A stretch of DNA of 64,000 nucleotides, taken from Deltaproteobacteria bacterium (GTDB lineage Bacteria; Myxococcota_A; Polyangia; Polyangiales; Houyiibacteriaceae). Below are positions 21,250 to 31,334 of the stretch, piece by piece; the first letter of the stretch is position 1; every line of letters begins with the position of its first letter. The stretch covers positions 192,001 through 256,000 of the forward strand of contig JAXMNT010000004.1 in assembly GCA_034670305.1 (NCBI GenBank), written 5' to 3'. Under the pieces are notes generated by a model. That model was given only the letters and a program-made list of their open reading frames with translations. It was not told where the DNA came from and did not search any database. The position numbers and the translations under genes are program-made.

Positions 21250-23186
21250 CTCCCGTCTTCCCCGAGCTGGCATCCGGCGTCTTCGTCCCCGCGATCTCGT
21301 TGACCGGGCTCACCGCCACGCAGGTGTTCACGGTGCTCGGCATCGCGGGCGGGCTCGTGGTGGTGCTCTACCTGCTCAAACTTCGGCGCCGCCAGGTCGA
21401 AGTCCCCTTCGTCAAACTCTGGCAGCAGGTGCTCGCGGAGAAGCAGACCACCCGTCTGTTCTCGCAGCTCAAGCGGCTGCTCTCGTTGCTCATCGCCCTG
21501 ATCATCGTGGGCGCGCTCGCGTTCGCGCTCGGGGATCCGCGCAGCGACGGCGCGCTCGACGAAGGCCGCACGCTGGTCGTCCTGGTGGATGCCTCGGCTT
21601 CCATGCAAGCGACCGACGTGGAGCCGAGCCGGTTCGACGCGGCGAAAGAGAAGGTCAAAGAACTGATCGAAGCGCTCGGCCCGGCGGACCGGATGCTCAT
21701 CGCGCAGCTCGATGCGACCGCGACGCCGGTGAGTCCGCTCTCGGGCGAGACGCGGGTGCTCTTCGACGCGCTCGACACCCTCGAAGCGACCGAGGTCGCC
21801 GCCAACCTGCGGGCGGGACTTCATCTCGCGCTCGACGTGCTGCGCGACCAGCCGCAGCCGGAGGTCGTGCTGATCTCCGATGGCAACGTCGGCGAGTCGC
21901 GTTTCGATCCACGCGTCTTCGCCGCGCGGCTGGAGGAACGCAACGTCCGCCTGAGCTGGGAGAAGATCGGCGTGCGCGGCCGCAACGTCGGCATCGCGGC
22001 GTTCAGCGTGCGGCGCTACCCACTCGACAAGAGCCAGAGCGAAGTCTTGGTCGAGCTCACGAACCCAAGCGACGAAGCCCACGACGTGGAGCTCACCTTG
22101 CTCGGCGACGGCGAAGCGGTGGACGTGCAGCGGCTGCGGCTCGCCGCCGGCGAACGGCTTCGGCGGTTCTTCCGAAACATCTCGGGCGTCGACGAAGCGC
22201 TCGAAGCCCGGATCACGATGGCGGACGGGACCCACGACGACCTCGCTGCGGACGACCGCGCGTTCGCCCGGTTGCCGGAGCGCCGGCGCGCGCGGGTGTG
22301 CGTGGTCAGCGAAGGCAACCTCTACCTTCAGGCCGCGCTGCTGCTCGATGAGTACCTCGACGTGACCGAGGTGACCCCGTCCCAGTGGCCGGTCGAAGAA
22401 ACCTACGACGTCTTCATCTTCGATGCGTGGGCGCCGCCCTCCCCGCCCGACACCGCGTCGCTGTACCTGGCGCCGCTTCGGTGGACCGAAGGCACCGGCC
22501 CACTGGAAGTCACCGGCGAGTTTGCCGCGCCTTACTTCACCCACATCGACCGCCGCCATCCGCTCTTGCGATGGACCGCGCTTCGGGACGTGAACGTCGC
22601 ACGCGCCGCCGAACTTCGACTCGAGCAAGGCGATCGGGGACTCGCGCGCGACGACCGCGGCCCGCTCATCGTGAGCGGTGCCCGCGATGGAAAGCGGTTC
22701 GTGGTGTTCGGCTTCGACGTCCGCGAGAGCGACCTGCCCTTGCGCGTGGCGTGGCCACTGCTCTTGCTCAACACCGTCGACTACTTCGTGCAGGAAGACG
22801 TCGGGTTCGTCTCGAGTTTCCACACCGGCGACACGTGGCATGTGCCGGTGCCCTCGCACCTCGACGCCGTAACCATCCTCGATCCGCGCGGCGAAGAACG
22901 CCGGGTGCCGGTCGTCGAAGGCCGCGCGGTGTTCGCCGGCCAGCACGTTGGCTTCCACACCGTGCGCACAGATGAAGGCGACGAACGGTTCGCGGCCAAC
23001 CTCGGCGCGGGCGAAGAGAGCCGCATCGAACCGGCGGAGTCTGTGGACGTCGGTGACATCGTTGCCGGCGCGCCGTCTCGTGGACAGATCGGCGCGCGGC
23101 GTGAGATCTGGCTCTACCTGGTGCTCTTGGTGCTCGGTGTCCTCACGGTCGAATGGTGGACCTACCACCGCAGGATGACGGTATGA
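21246..23186 (+). CDS. BatA-N / vWA domain membrane protein
   Basis: LYLLKLRRR..PFVKLW BatA-like N-terminus, DASASM MIDAS, C-terminal TM with EW; ATGA overlap. Confidence 0.85.
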   Translation: MTPVFPELASGVFVPAISLTGLTATQVFTVLGIAGGLVVVLYLLKLRRRQVEVPFVKLWQQVLAEKQTTRLFSQLKRLLSLLIALIIVGALAFALGDPRSDGALDEGRTLVVLVDASASMQATDVEPSRFDAAKEKVKELIEALGPADRMLIAQLDATATPVSPLSGETRVLFDALDTLEATEVAANLRAGLHLALDVLRDQPQPEVVLISDGNVGESRFDPRVFAARLEERNVRLSWEKIGVRGRNVGIAAFSVRRYPLDKSQSEVLVELTNPSDEAHDVELTLLGDGEAVDVQRLRLAAGERLRRFFRNISGVDEALEARITMADGTHDDLAADDRAFARLPERRRARVCVVSEGNLYLQAALLLDEYLDVTEVTPSQWPVEETYDVFIFDAWAPPSPPDTASLYLAPLRWTEGTGPLEVTGEFAAPYFTHIDRRHPLLRWTALRDVNVARAAELRLEQGDRGLARDDRGPLIVSGARDGKRFVVFGFDVRESDLPLRVAWPLLLLNTVDYFVQEDVGFVSSFHTGDTWHVPVPSHLDAVTILDPRGEERRVPVVEGRAVFAGQHVGFHTVRTDEGDERFAANLGAGEESRIEPAESVDVGDIVAGAPSRGQIGARREIWLYLVLLVLGVLTVEWWTYHRRMTV

Positions 23187-26143
23187 GCACGGCAGACGAA
23201 CGATCGGACGCGGACGACGCCGCGAAACGGATCGGACGGCGCCGGCCCAGCCGACCGCCACCGAAGAAGAAGTCGAAAGGCGTGCCCTTCTTCTGGGGCA
23301 TGCTCTTCACCCTCGCCGCGTGCGTCGGGCTTGGCATCGCGCTCTGGACGACCCTCGGCGAAGGCTGGTCGGCGGAGATCGGCGGCGAGACCTACGAGCT
23401 CCTCCAGCCGCGCTGGATCGTCGCGTTCGCGATCGCCCCGCTGTTTCTGTTCGGCGCGACCCGTTCGCTCGCCGACCTGCCCGGGGCCCAGCGCTGGCTC
23501 GGGGTGTTCTCGCGCATCGCGCTCGCGGCGCTCCTGACGCTCGCCGTCGCGCGGCTCGCACGCACCACCGACGCCACCAAGGTCAGCACCGTCTTCCTCG
23601 TCGACGTGAGCGACTCCGTCACCGAAGAAGCACTCGTGGACGCCCGCGATGCCGTGCAGGCCGCGTGGGAGGTGCGCGAAGACAACGACCTGCAGCTCGT
23701 GACCTTCGCGCGTGAAGCGCGCGCGGTCCCGCTCGAACGCGGCCTCGATGAGATCCCGGGCATCGAACGCCACGAAGCCGTCGGCGCATCCGTCGCGGAC
23801 ACCGCCACGACACCCGAAGGTGCGGAAGTCGAACGAGACGCACCACCGCCCGACGAACAAGCGGGCGACCACCCCGGCCGCGGCAGCAACCTGCAGTCCG
23901 CGCTTCAGCTCGCCTATGGGCTCTTCCCGCCCGGCCATCTGCGCCGGGTCGTGCTCGTCAGCGACGGCGGCCAGACCGACGGAGACTTGCTCGCGGAAGC
24001 CAGCCGCGCCCGGCGCTTCGGGGTGAAGATCCACGCGCGGCCGAGCCGCCACGGCGCGCCGCCGGAAGTCGCCATCCGCGAGCTCGACTTGCCGGACCGC
24101 ATCAAGGTCGGCGACCCCTTCCCCGTCCGTGGCCGGATCTTCGCCTCGGTGCCCTCGACGATTCGTCTCCGGCTCTACCAGGGCGAGACCCTCAACGGAC
24201 TCGACTCGGTCCGCGACGTCGAAGTGCAACCGGGCGAGACCGAAGTGAACTTCCAGTCGGTGGTGCGGGTCGCCGGTCCGGTCACCTACCGGATGACCCT
24301 CGAACCCTCGGTGCCCGATGGCGAGCTCGCCGGCGGCGTCGCGCTCGACCGGTTCGCGGCCAACAACGAGTACGAGACTTCGGTCGTGGTGCCGGGCAAA
24401 CCCACGGTGCTCTACGTCGAAGGCGACCCCGGGCGCGCGACCTACCTCGCACGCGCGCTCAGCGCGGCCGACTACGACGTCGATGTGCGCGGACCGCGCG
24501 CCATCCCGACCAACGTGCGCGAGCTCGAGCGCTTCGACTTCTTCATCTTGAGCGACGTGTCCGCGGACCAAGTGAGCCTCGGTCAGATGGACGCGATCGA
24601 ACGCTACGTGCGCGACCTCGGCGGCGGCTTCCTCTTCGCCGGTGGCGAACGCGGCTTCGGGCTCGGCGGCTGGCAGGGCACCCGCATGGAGCGCCTGTTG
24701 CCGGTGCGCATGGACTCCGAGCGCCGCCGTGACCAACCGTCGCTCGCGCTCGCGCTCGTCATCGACCGCTCGGGATCGATGAACGGGGTCAAGATGGAGC
24801 TCGCCAAAGAAGCCGCGAAGGCGACCGCGGAGCTTTTGAGCGGCGACGACTACATCAGCGTCATCGGGTTCGACTCCCGGCCCGAACGGGTCGTGCGCAT
24901 GCAGAGCGCGCGCAACCGGGTCCGCATCCTGCGCGACATCGGCCGGCTCACGCCACGCGGCGGCACCGCCATCTTCCCGGCGCTCGACATGGCGTACCAG
25001 GATCTCGCGGTCACCCGCGCGCGGGTCAAACACGTCATTTTGCTCACCGACGGCCAAGCGCCGGACCAAGGCATCACCGAACTCACCCAGGTGATGCGCG
25101 CCGAAGGCATGACCATCTCGACGGTCGGTCTCGGCGCAGACGTCAACCGCGCGCTCTTGCAATCGATCGCCAACCTCGGTGGCGGCCGCAGCTACCTCAC
25201 GAACGACCCGCACAACGTGCCGCGCATCTTCATGCGCGAGACCACCACCGTGGCGCGCTCGAGCGCGGTCGAGGAGTACTTCCAGCCCACCGTCGTCCAG
25301 CGCGCGGACTTCTTGCGCGGCACCAACGTCGAGGGCTCGCCCTTCCTGCATGGCTACGTGGCGACCCGCAGCAAGCCGAGCCCGGCGCAGGTGATCTTGC
25401 AGAGCGACATCGGCGAGCCGATCCTCGCGCGCTGGCGGGTCGGCCTCGGCTGGTCGATGGCGTGGACCAGCGACGTGAAGAACCGCTGGGCGGTCGAGTG
25501 GGTGCGCTGGAACGGGTTCAGCCGGTTCTGGGCGCAGCTCATCCGAGAACACATGCGGCAGAAGCGGCGGCAGCGGCTCGACATGGTCGCGCGCACCACC
25601 GGCGACGAAGTGCACGTCGTGGTCGATGGCATCGGCGGCGACGACCAGTTCATGAACGACCTGACTTCGACGTTGAAGATCGAAGGTCCGATGGGCAGCC
25701 GCCGCGCCCGCGACGAAGAAGACGACCCACAGCTGCGCCGGACCCGCGAGCTGCCCTTCCGCCAGACCGCACCTGGCCGCTACGAAGCCCGGTTCCCGCT
25801 CGATGCGTACGGCTCGTTCGTCCTGACGGCGGAACACCGCCGCGAAGGCCGGCTCATCGCCGAGAGCGCGACCCAACTCGCGAACCCCTACCCCGCCGAG
25901 TACGCCACCCTCGAACCGGACGAAGCGCTGCTGAGAAGCGCGGCCGACCTCACCGAAGGCGTGCTCGACCCCGAACCCGCCGCCATCTTTGATCCCGGCG
26001 AAGAGACCATCCGCGCCCACGAAGAACTCTGGCCCTGGCTCCTCTACTTCGCACTCGGCCTCTTCTTGCTGGATCTGCTGCTGCGCCGCGTCCGAATCTT
26101 CGACCGCAAGTTCAAGAAGAGAACCCGCCGCCAACGCGCCTAG
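23183..26143 (+). CDS. Double-vWA plus glutamine-amidotransferase-like domain membrane protein
   Basis: DVSDS and DRSGSM MIDAS motifs, FFILSDV..GGGFLFAGG, PILARWRVGLG, C-terminal TM; ATGA overlap. Confidence 0.82.
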   Translation: MSTADERSDADDAAKRIGRRRPSRPPPKKKSKGVPFFWGMLFTLAACVGLGIALWTTLGEGWSAEIGGETYELLQPRWIVAFAIAPLFLFGATRSLADLPGAQRWLGVFSRIALAALLTLAVARLARTTDATKVSTVFLVDVSDSVTEEALVDARDAVQAAWEVREDNDLQLVTFAREARAVPLERGLDEIPGIERHEAVGASVADTATTPEGAEVERDAPPPDEQAGDHPGRGSNLQSALQLAYGLFPPGHLRRVVLVSDGGQTDGDLLAEASRARRFGVKIHARPSRHGAPPEVAIRELDLPDRIKVGDPFPVRGRIFASVPSTIRLRLYQGETLNGLDSVRDVEVQPGETEVNFQSVVRVAGPVTYRMTLEPSVPDGELAGGVALDRFAANNEYETSVVVPGKPTVLYVEGDPGRATYLARALSAADYDVDVRGPRAIPTNVRELERFDFFILSDVSADQVSLGQMDAIERYVRDLGGGFLFAGGERGFGLGGWQGTRMERLLPVRMDSERRRDQPSLALALVIDRSGSMNGVKMELAKEAAKATAELLSGDDYISVIGFDSRPERVVRMQSARNRVRILRDIGRLTPRGGTAIFPALDMAYQDLAVTRARVKHVILLTDGQAPDQGITELTQVMRAEGMTISTVGLGADVNRALLQSIANLGGGRSYLTNDPHNVPRIFMRETTTVARSSAVEEYFQPTVVQRADFLRGTNVEGSPFLHGYVATRSKPSPAQVILQSDIGEPILARWRVGLGWSMAWTSDVKNRWAVEWVRWNGFSRFWAQLIREHMRQKRRQRLDMVARTTGDEVHVVVDGIGGDDQFMNDLTSTLKIEGPMGSRRARDEEDDPQLRRTRELPFRQTAPGRYEARFPLDAYGSFVLTAEHRREGRLIAESATQLANPYPAEYATLEPDEALLRSAADLTEGVLDPEPAAIFDPGEETIRAHEELWPWLLYFALGLFLLDLLLRRVRIFDRKFKKRTRRQRA

Positions 26144-26168
26144 CCTCGGCTGAGTCGAAACGCGGGTC

Positions 26169-26247
26169 GTCTCTCGCGAGGGAGGCTTTGGGCCCGCGCG
26201 GAGCGAAACGAGCAGGTCCGGAGGCCCGCAGAAACCCCGCGAGAGAC
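26169..26247. repeat. REP-like hairpin element, copy B
   Basis: Terminal inverted repeat GTCTCTCGCG/CGCGAGAGAC; core TGGGCCCGCGCGGAGCGAAACGAGCAGGTCCGGAGG. Confidence 0.6.
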
Positions 26248-26312
26248 CAGCAATCAGCGGCGCTTTTTCTCACCCGAGGTGAAGATGCCGGCCTTCCGCG
26301 ACAAGATGGGGT

Positions 26313-26846
26313 GTGGGTCGTTCGCGCACCGATGTTCTTCCGGCGGTTTCGGCGCCGGTGCTGGATGTGCACGAGGCCTACGAGCGCCATGCGGAATTCG
26401 TGTGGCGGTCGCTGGCGCGGCTTGGATGTGCACCTGCGGACCGGGCGGACCTGCTTCAGGAGGCCTTCGTGGTGCTCCACCGGCGGCGGGCCGATTGGGA
26501 CGGGCGTTCGGTGCGGGGTTGGCTGTGGGGGATCTGCGTTGGACTGATGCGGAACCACCGGCGGCGGGCGTTTCGTCGGATCGAGACTTTGGTGGCCGAT
26601 GTGGACGTTGCGGGCGCCCCGCCAGTCGATGTGATCGAGCGGAAGCGACGGATGGCGAATGGGCAGCGCGCGCTCGCGGAGCTGGAGGTCGAACAGCGGG
26701 CGGTGTTCGTGATGTTCGAGATCGAGCAACTGAGCGGCAAACAGATCGCAGACTCCTTGGAGATCCCACTCGGCACCGTGCACTCGCGTCTCTTCTCCGC
26801 CCGCAAGACGCTCGCGCGGCGGCTGCAGGAGTTCGAAGATGAGTGA
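26313..26846 (+). CDS. ECF RNA polymerase sigma factor
   Basis: FVWRSLARLG, DLLQEAF, WLWGI region 2; IADSLEIPLGTVHSRLFSAR region 4. Confidence 0.9.
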   Translation: MGRSRTDVLPAVSAPVLDVHEAYERHAEFVWRSLARLGCAPADRADLLQEAFVVLHRRRADWDGRSVRGWLWGICVGLMRNHRRRAFRRIETLVADVDVAGAPPVDVIERKRRMANGQRALAELEVEQRAVFVMFEIEQLSGKQIADSLEIPLGTVHSRLFSARKTLARRLQEFEDE

Positions 26847-27657
26847 GTCTGATCCGATCCGCTGGCGCGAGATGCCGGAGCTTCCACCCGGCACGCTCGA
26901 GCTGCTCGAGTCGGTCGAGCGGCCCGATGTGCTGCCGCCCGCGATCCGGGCCGAGGTCGGTGGACGGCTCAGTGCGCAAGTGGTGCGTCCGGCGCCTCGG
27001 TGGATGGCGGGGGCACTTCCGGTCGGCGTCGCGGTCCTGGCGACGGCGGCGGTGATCGGCGGGATCGTCGTGTGGCATCAGTCCCGGCCGCGGGCTCCCG
27101 AGCGGATCGATCCGCTGGTCGAAGAGATGGCTGCGCCGTCCGAAGCGCCGAGTTCTACGATCGATGCCGTCGAAGAAGAGCACACGCTCGGGCAAACGAT
27201 CGAGGAGCCGCCGGAGGTAGAGCGCGTCGTAGCACCGCCCAGCCCAATGCGTGCCACCCAGAGCGCGATGCGCGCCGTTCCCCAGTCGCCCGATGTAGAC
27301 CCCGTTCCCGCCATGACCCTCCTAGGCCGCGAGGCATTCGAGAGGGAGCTTCCCTCTCGAATGGAGGCGCGGCCTGCGGTGGCGGAGGGGGTCGGCACGC
27401 TGATGGTGAACTCGATGCCGTGGTCGCGGGTATGGGTCGATGGACGTTCGTTGGGCAACACGCCAGTGGTGAACGTGAGGCTGGCCGCGGGCACCCACCG
27501 ACTGCGTTTGCAGGCGGAGGGCTTTGACGCGGTGACCCGAACCATCCAAATCCGCGCCGATCAACGAAGCCAGTTCATCCACCGGTTCAGCCGCTCAACG
27601 ATGACATCTTCGATCGTCGACCCGTTCGGCGACCCCGTCCCAGCCAACCCGTTCTAG
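26839..27657 (+). CDS. Single-TM PEGA-domain protein, probable anti-sigma factor
   Basis: Overlaps the sigma stop; one TM; GTLMVNSMPWSRVWVDG..GNTP..GTHRL PEGA motif. Confidence 0.7.
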   Translation: MSESDPIRWREMPELPPGTLELLESVERPDVLPPAIRAEVGGRLSAQVVRPAPRWMAGALPVGVAVLATAAVIGGIVVWHQSRPRAPERIDPLVEEMAAPSEAPSSTIDAVEEEHTLGQTIEEPPEVERVVAPPSPMRATQSAMRAVPQSPDVDPVPAMTLLGREAFERELPSRMEARPAVAEGVGTLMVNSMPWSRVWVDGRSLGNTPVVNVRLAAGTHRLRLQAEGFDAVTRTIQIRADQRSQFIHRFSRSTMTSSIVDPFGDPVPANPF

Positions 27658-27658
27658 C

Positions 27659-27678
27659 AGGTCGCTGAAAAGCGACCT
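27659..27678 (+). terminator. Possible terminator or stability hairpin
   Basis: AGGTCGCT-GAAA-AGCGACCT perfect stem right after the stop; weak U-tract. Confidence 0.4.
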
Positions 27679-27681
27679 ACT

Positions 27682-27877
27682 CCCTTTGCCGTTGCCCTCG
27701 CCCGTGCCCTTGCCCGCGTCGTGGACGCCGTGTGTTTCGCGACGGCCAACCCGCGAATCGGTCGGTGGAGCTCTAGCCCACCTTGAGCAGGTCGTCGCGA
27801 TGCTCGTCGCGCTGATCAAGCGATCTGACCGCTGATCCGCGGGCAGGGCAAAGGCAAGGGCAGGGGCAAGGGGCAGG
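27682..27877. mobile_element. Putative relic element: inverted TTGCCC/GGGCAA arms around a four-helix-bundle-like gene remnant
   Basis: Left arm 27682-27718, right arm 27838-27877; internal frame ..GALAHLEQVVAMLVALIKRSDR-stop ending at 27835. Confidence 0.4.
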
Positions 27878-27912
27878 CTGCTGAAGGGAACTGGGTCGCG
27901 CTATCCTCCGGC

Positions 27913-29367
27913 ATGGCCCGAGTACGGAATCTTCTGATCACCCTCGCCCTCACCGGCTGCCCGGCCGAGTCCCCCGTCACGCCGGAACCAGAGCCAACCC
28001 AGGGCGCTGAAGAGGCCCGCTCGTTTGCCAGCATCGAAGAAGCCACCGCCGCGCTCGAGAGCGGCGACCAGGCGGCCGCCATCTTTCTCGCGGAGCAAGT
28101 GCACGACCCCGACACCTCGGACGAAGACGTCGTCGAAGCGCTCGCCGGTCTGCAAGCCGCGCCCCAAGTGGCCGCGGCGCGGTGGGGGCTGGACCGGGCC
28201 TCGGGCAACTCGCCGGTGCACAACCGAATCCGGATCCACGCGATGCGCATGCTCGGTGCGACCGGGAGCGAGGAGGCGGTCGAGCCGCTGGCCAGCGTGG
28301 TCGACGACAGCCGCAGCCACATCCTGATTCGTAGGCTCGCTGTGGAGAGCCTGGGCCAACTTCGTTCCGAGAGCGCCCTGCCGGTCTTGCTCCGCGCGCT
28401 CTACATCGCAGACCGTGAGAACCCGGCAATGCGCATGAACGACGCAGCCGCCTTGGCGCTCCTCCAGCTTGGTGAGGTCGCGGTGCAGCCTCTTTTGGAG
28501 ATCCTCGATGCGGAACCGGAGGGCGCACACGACGACATCCTCACGCTGACCGAAGCCTACGTGGGCCAAGTGCTCACGGCGAACTCGGCTGTGGAGATGA
28601 ACCCACGCGAAGTCCGCATGGGCGAGGCGCTGTACGTCCTTGGCGCTCTCGGCGACCCGCGCGCGGCGCCGCGCTTGGTGGAGTTGAGCGCCGACGAGGA
28701 CTCCCATGTCTCGCTGGGTGCGATGATGGCGGCCGCGCGCCTGGTCCCCACGCCGCCAGAGACGTTCGGGCTCGTGGACGCGGCGATTCAGGACGCAGAC
28801 CGGCCTGCGTACGAACGCGCTCAGCTGCTCGCACTGATGGTGCGTTTGCCAGACAACCGGGCCGTCAGCGTCTGCCAGCGCATCGCAGAGGGCGGGGACG
28901 AACTCCCGCTCCGCTACCAAGCGACCAACTTCTTCTGGCTGCTGGCAACCGCCACCGAAGCCGGACGTTTCTCCTCCGCGGAGGACATTCCAATGAACGA
29001 CTCACTCGAAGCGCTGGCCAGTCTCTCGGAGCGCTGCAACGACCTAGCTTGCTACCGCGACATGCTCGACCCCGGAGACCACGTGGCGTTCGAGAAGGCG
29101 AGCGCAATGCTCATCCGGGTGGGCGACCAGGAGCCCGAGACCATCGATCGATTCTTCGGTGCCCTTCGCACGGGGGAGATCATGGTCCGCCGCCAGGCCA
29201 CCCAGGCCATCGATCGCCTGCTTGTGACCCCCACCCAGGCGCAGGCCGATGCGCTGCGGCACCTCACCGACACCCTTGAAGTAGCGGAAGCTGGACGCGC
29301 CAGCTGGCACGCTGTCCAGAGTGAACTTCGCATCGTGGTCGAGCGCGTGGCAGGCCGAGTCCAGTAG
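27913..29367 (+). CDS. HEAT-repeat lipoprotein
   Basis: LTGC lipobox; repeated R..AVESLGQL..ALPVL HEAT/PBS-like motifs. Confidence 0.75.
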   Translation: MARVRNLLITLALTGCPAESPVTPEPEPTQGAEEARSFASIEEATAALESGDQAAAIFLAEQVHDPDTSDEDVVEALAGLQAAPQVAAARWGLDRASGNSPVHNRIRIHAMRMLGATGSEEAVEPLASVVDDSRSHILIRRLAVESLGQLRSESALPVLLRALYIADRENPAMRMNDAAALALLQLGEVAVQPLLEILDAEPEGAHDDILTLTEAYVGQVLTANSAVEMNPREVRMGEALYVLGALGDPRAAPRLVELSADEDSHVSLGAMMAAARLVPTPPETFGLVDAAIQDADRPAYERAQLLALMVRLPDNRAVSVCQRIAEGGDELPLRYQATNFFWLLATATEAGRFSSAEDIPMNDSLEALASLSERCNDLACYRDMLDPGDHVAFEKASAMLIRVGDQEPETIDRFFGALRTGEIMVRRQATQAIDRLLVTPTQAQADALRHLTDTLEVAEAGRASWHAVQSELRIVVERVAGRVQ

Positions 29368-29381
29368 ACCGCCAACGGGGG

Positions 29382-31223
29382 TCAGCTGGCCGCGTCGTAG
29401 ACGCCGCTGGAGCTCTTGGTGTGCGACTGCGGCAGCACCATGGTGAACACGGTTTTCCCCGGTTCGCTCTCGCACGTGATCGTACCGCCGTGGTCTTCGA
29501 CGATCTGGGCGACGATGGCGAGGCCGAGGCCGGTGCCGCCCTTCTTGCCATGCGTGATGAAGGATTCGAAGAGCCGCCCTTTGATGAGCTCCGGCACGCC
29601 AGGGCCGTCGTCGATGAACTGGAGCACGAGCGCTTTGGTCTCCACGTCCCGGTCGACGATGATCCGGAACGTGCCGCGCCGGTCGGTCGCAGCGATGGCC
29701 TCGGCCGCGTTGCGCGCGAGGTTGTGCACGGCGCGCATGAGCTTCGGTCCGTCGACGTGTGCGATGCCGCGATCCCGCAGCTCGAGCTGGATGTCGATGT
29801 GCTCCTCGAGGCTCCGCCGGACCTGCTCGGTGAGCACGTCGAAGAACTGGTACAGGTACACCTTCCGGACCCAGAGCTTGCGGTCGCCACGCGCGAACGC
29901 GAGCGTCTCGCGGGTCATGTCGTCGAGCACGTCCACCTGGGTGAGCACCGACTCCACGTACTGCGCTCGGATCTCGCCGTCTGCCTCCCCTGCGAGCATG
30001 CGCGCGTACCCCTTGATGATCGTCATCGGGGTCTTCAGGTCGTGGAGCACACTGGAGAGGAACTGGCCGAGGGCCGTCAGCCGCTCTTCCCGCTCCTGCC
30101 GCTCTCGGCCGCGGGCGATTTGAATCGCGGTCGAGATGTGTCCCGCGATCACCGTGGCGAGCTTCAGGTCGTCCGAGGTGAAGTTGCTTCGGCCCTTGCC
30201 CTTGTTGAGCAGCTCGACCGCCCCGATGCCTTCCAGTTCGCCGTCGTCCCAGCGAAGCGGCACACAGAGCACGTTCCGCGGATGGTACCCGGTGTGCTCC
30301 GAGATGTGCCGGGAGTGGCGGTCGTCGTCGTCGAGGCGGTTGACCACCTGCGGCTTGTTGTTCTTCGCCACCCAGCCGCAGATGCCCTGGCCGGATCGGA
30401 TCTTCAGCTTCTTCACCTTCTCGGGCTCGCCGCCCACCGCCGCGCGGAAGTGCAGGTCGCCGGTGACCTCGTGGGCCAACATGATCGATGCGGCTTCGGC
30501 GTCGACGGCCCGCATGGTGCGCGCCAGCATCGCTTGCAGCAGCTCGTCGAGATCTTCGGTGCTCGCCGACACCTGCGCGATCTCGAAGAGCACGTCGAGT
30601 TCGCGGATCTTGTTCTGGAGCTGCTCTTGGGTTTCGAGCAGCTCGATGTTCTTGCCGACGACACTCAAGAACAGCTTCGAGTTCTCGATCGACACGGCCG
30701 CTTGAGAAGCCAGCGCACCGAGCAGGCGCTCGTCGGCGACCATGAAATAGCCGTGGCGTTTGTTGAGCACCTGCACCACGCCGATGATCCGGCCGTGCTG
30801 GTTCTTCATCGGGATACACAGAACGCTGCGGGTGCGGTAGCCGGTGCGGCGGTCCCACTCGCCATCGAACCGAACGTCCTGGTAGGCGTCCTTGAGGTTC
30901 AGCGGCTTGCCGGTCTTCGCCACGGAACCGGCGAGCCCTTCCCCGACCTTCAAACGGATCTCGTGCACGAGTTCGCCCTGCGCGACCTTCGACCACAGCT
31001 CGCCAGTGTCTTCGTCGAGCAAGTAGAGGGTGGAGCGCTCCGCATCCATCAGGTCGCTGATGCGGGCGAGCACCACGGTCAGCAGCTCGTTCAGATCGAG
31101 CGTCGAACCAAGCAAGACGCCGATCTCTTGCAGGGCGCGCAGTTTGGCGCGCTCGCGCTCCATCTCGAGCCTCAGCTCAGACAGCGCCTCCGCATCGGTC
31201 TCGGCTTCGGTCTCCGTCGACAC
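29382..31223 (-). CDS. Cytoplasmic GAF-GAF histidine kinase
   Basis: Two GAF domains (GYRTRSVLCIP, QVLNK); H-box LHDLKTP, N-box NLARNA, DDGPG, GTGLGL; GTG start inferred. Confidence 0.92.
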   Translation of the reverse strand: MSTETEAETDAEALSELRLEMERERAKLRALQEIGVLLGSTLDLNELLTVVLARISDLMDAERSTLYLLDEDTGELWSKVAQGELVHEIRLKVGEGLAGSVAKTGKPLNLKDAYQDVRFDGEWDRRTGYRTRSVLCIPMKNQHGRIIGVVQVLNKRHGYFMVADERLLGALASQAAVSIENSKLFLSVVGKNIELLETQEQLQNKIRELDVLFEIAQVSASTEDLDELLQAMLARTMRAVDAEAASIMLAHEVTGDLHFRAAVGGEPEKVKKLKIRSGQGICGWVAKNNKPQVVNRLDDDDRHSRHISEHTGYHPRNVLCVPLRWDDGELEGIGAVELLNKGKGRSNFTSDDLKLATVIAGHISTAIQIARGRERQEREERLTALGQFLSSVLHDLKTPMTIIKGYARMLAGEADGEIRAQYVESVLTQVDVLDDMTRETLAFARGDRKLWVRKVYLYQFFDVLTEQVRRSLEEHIDIQLELRDRGIAHVDGPKLMRAVHNLARNAAEAIAATDRRGTFRIIVDRDVETKALVLQFIDDGPGVPELIKGRLFESFITHGKKGGTGLGLAIVAQIVEDHGGTITCESEPGKTVFTMVLPQSHTKSSSGVYDAAS

Positions 31224-31334
31224 AGGCCATTGTCCCCGCAAAGGGGGGACAACATCAACCAGCGTGTTGGGCGTTCACGCGCTCGAAGCGGGCACGCACG
31301 CAAGCCAAGGGCAAGGGGAGCAGCTTCGCGTGCT

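Noticed and set aside
23162-26134. Long antisense ORFs (also 29421-32294, 58944-61739, 17078-19747 and others)
   Set aside because: Typical shadows of high-GC codon bias opposite recognisable genes; no motifs of their own.
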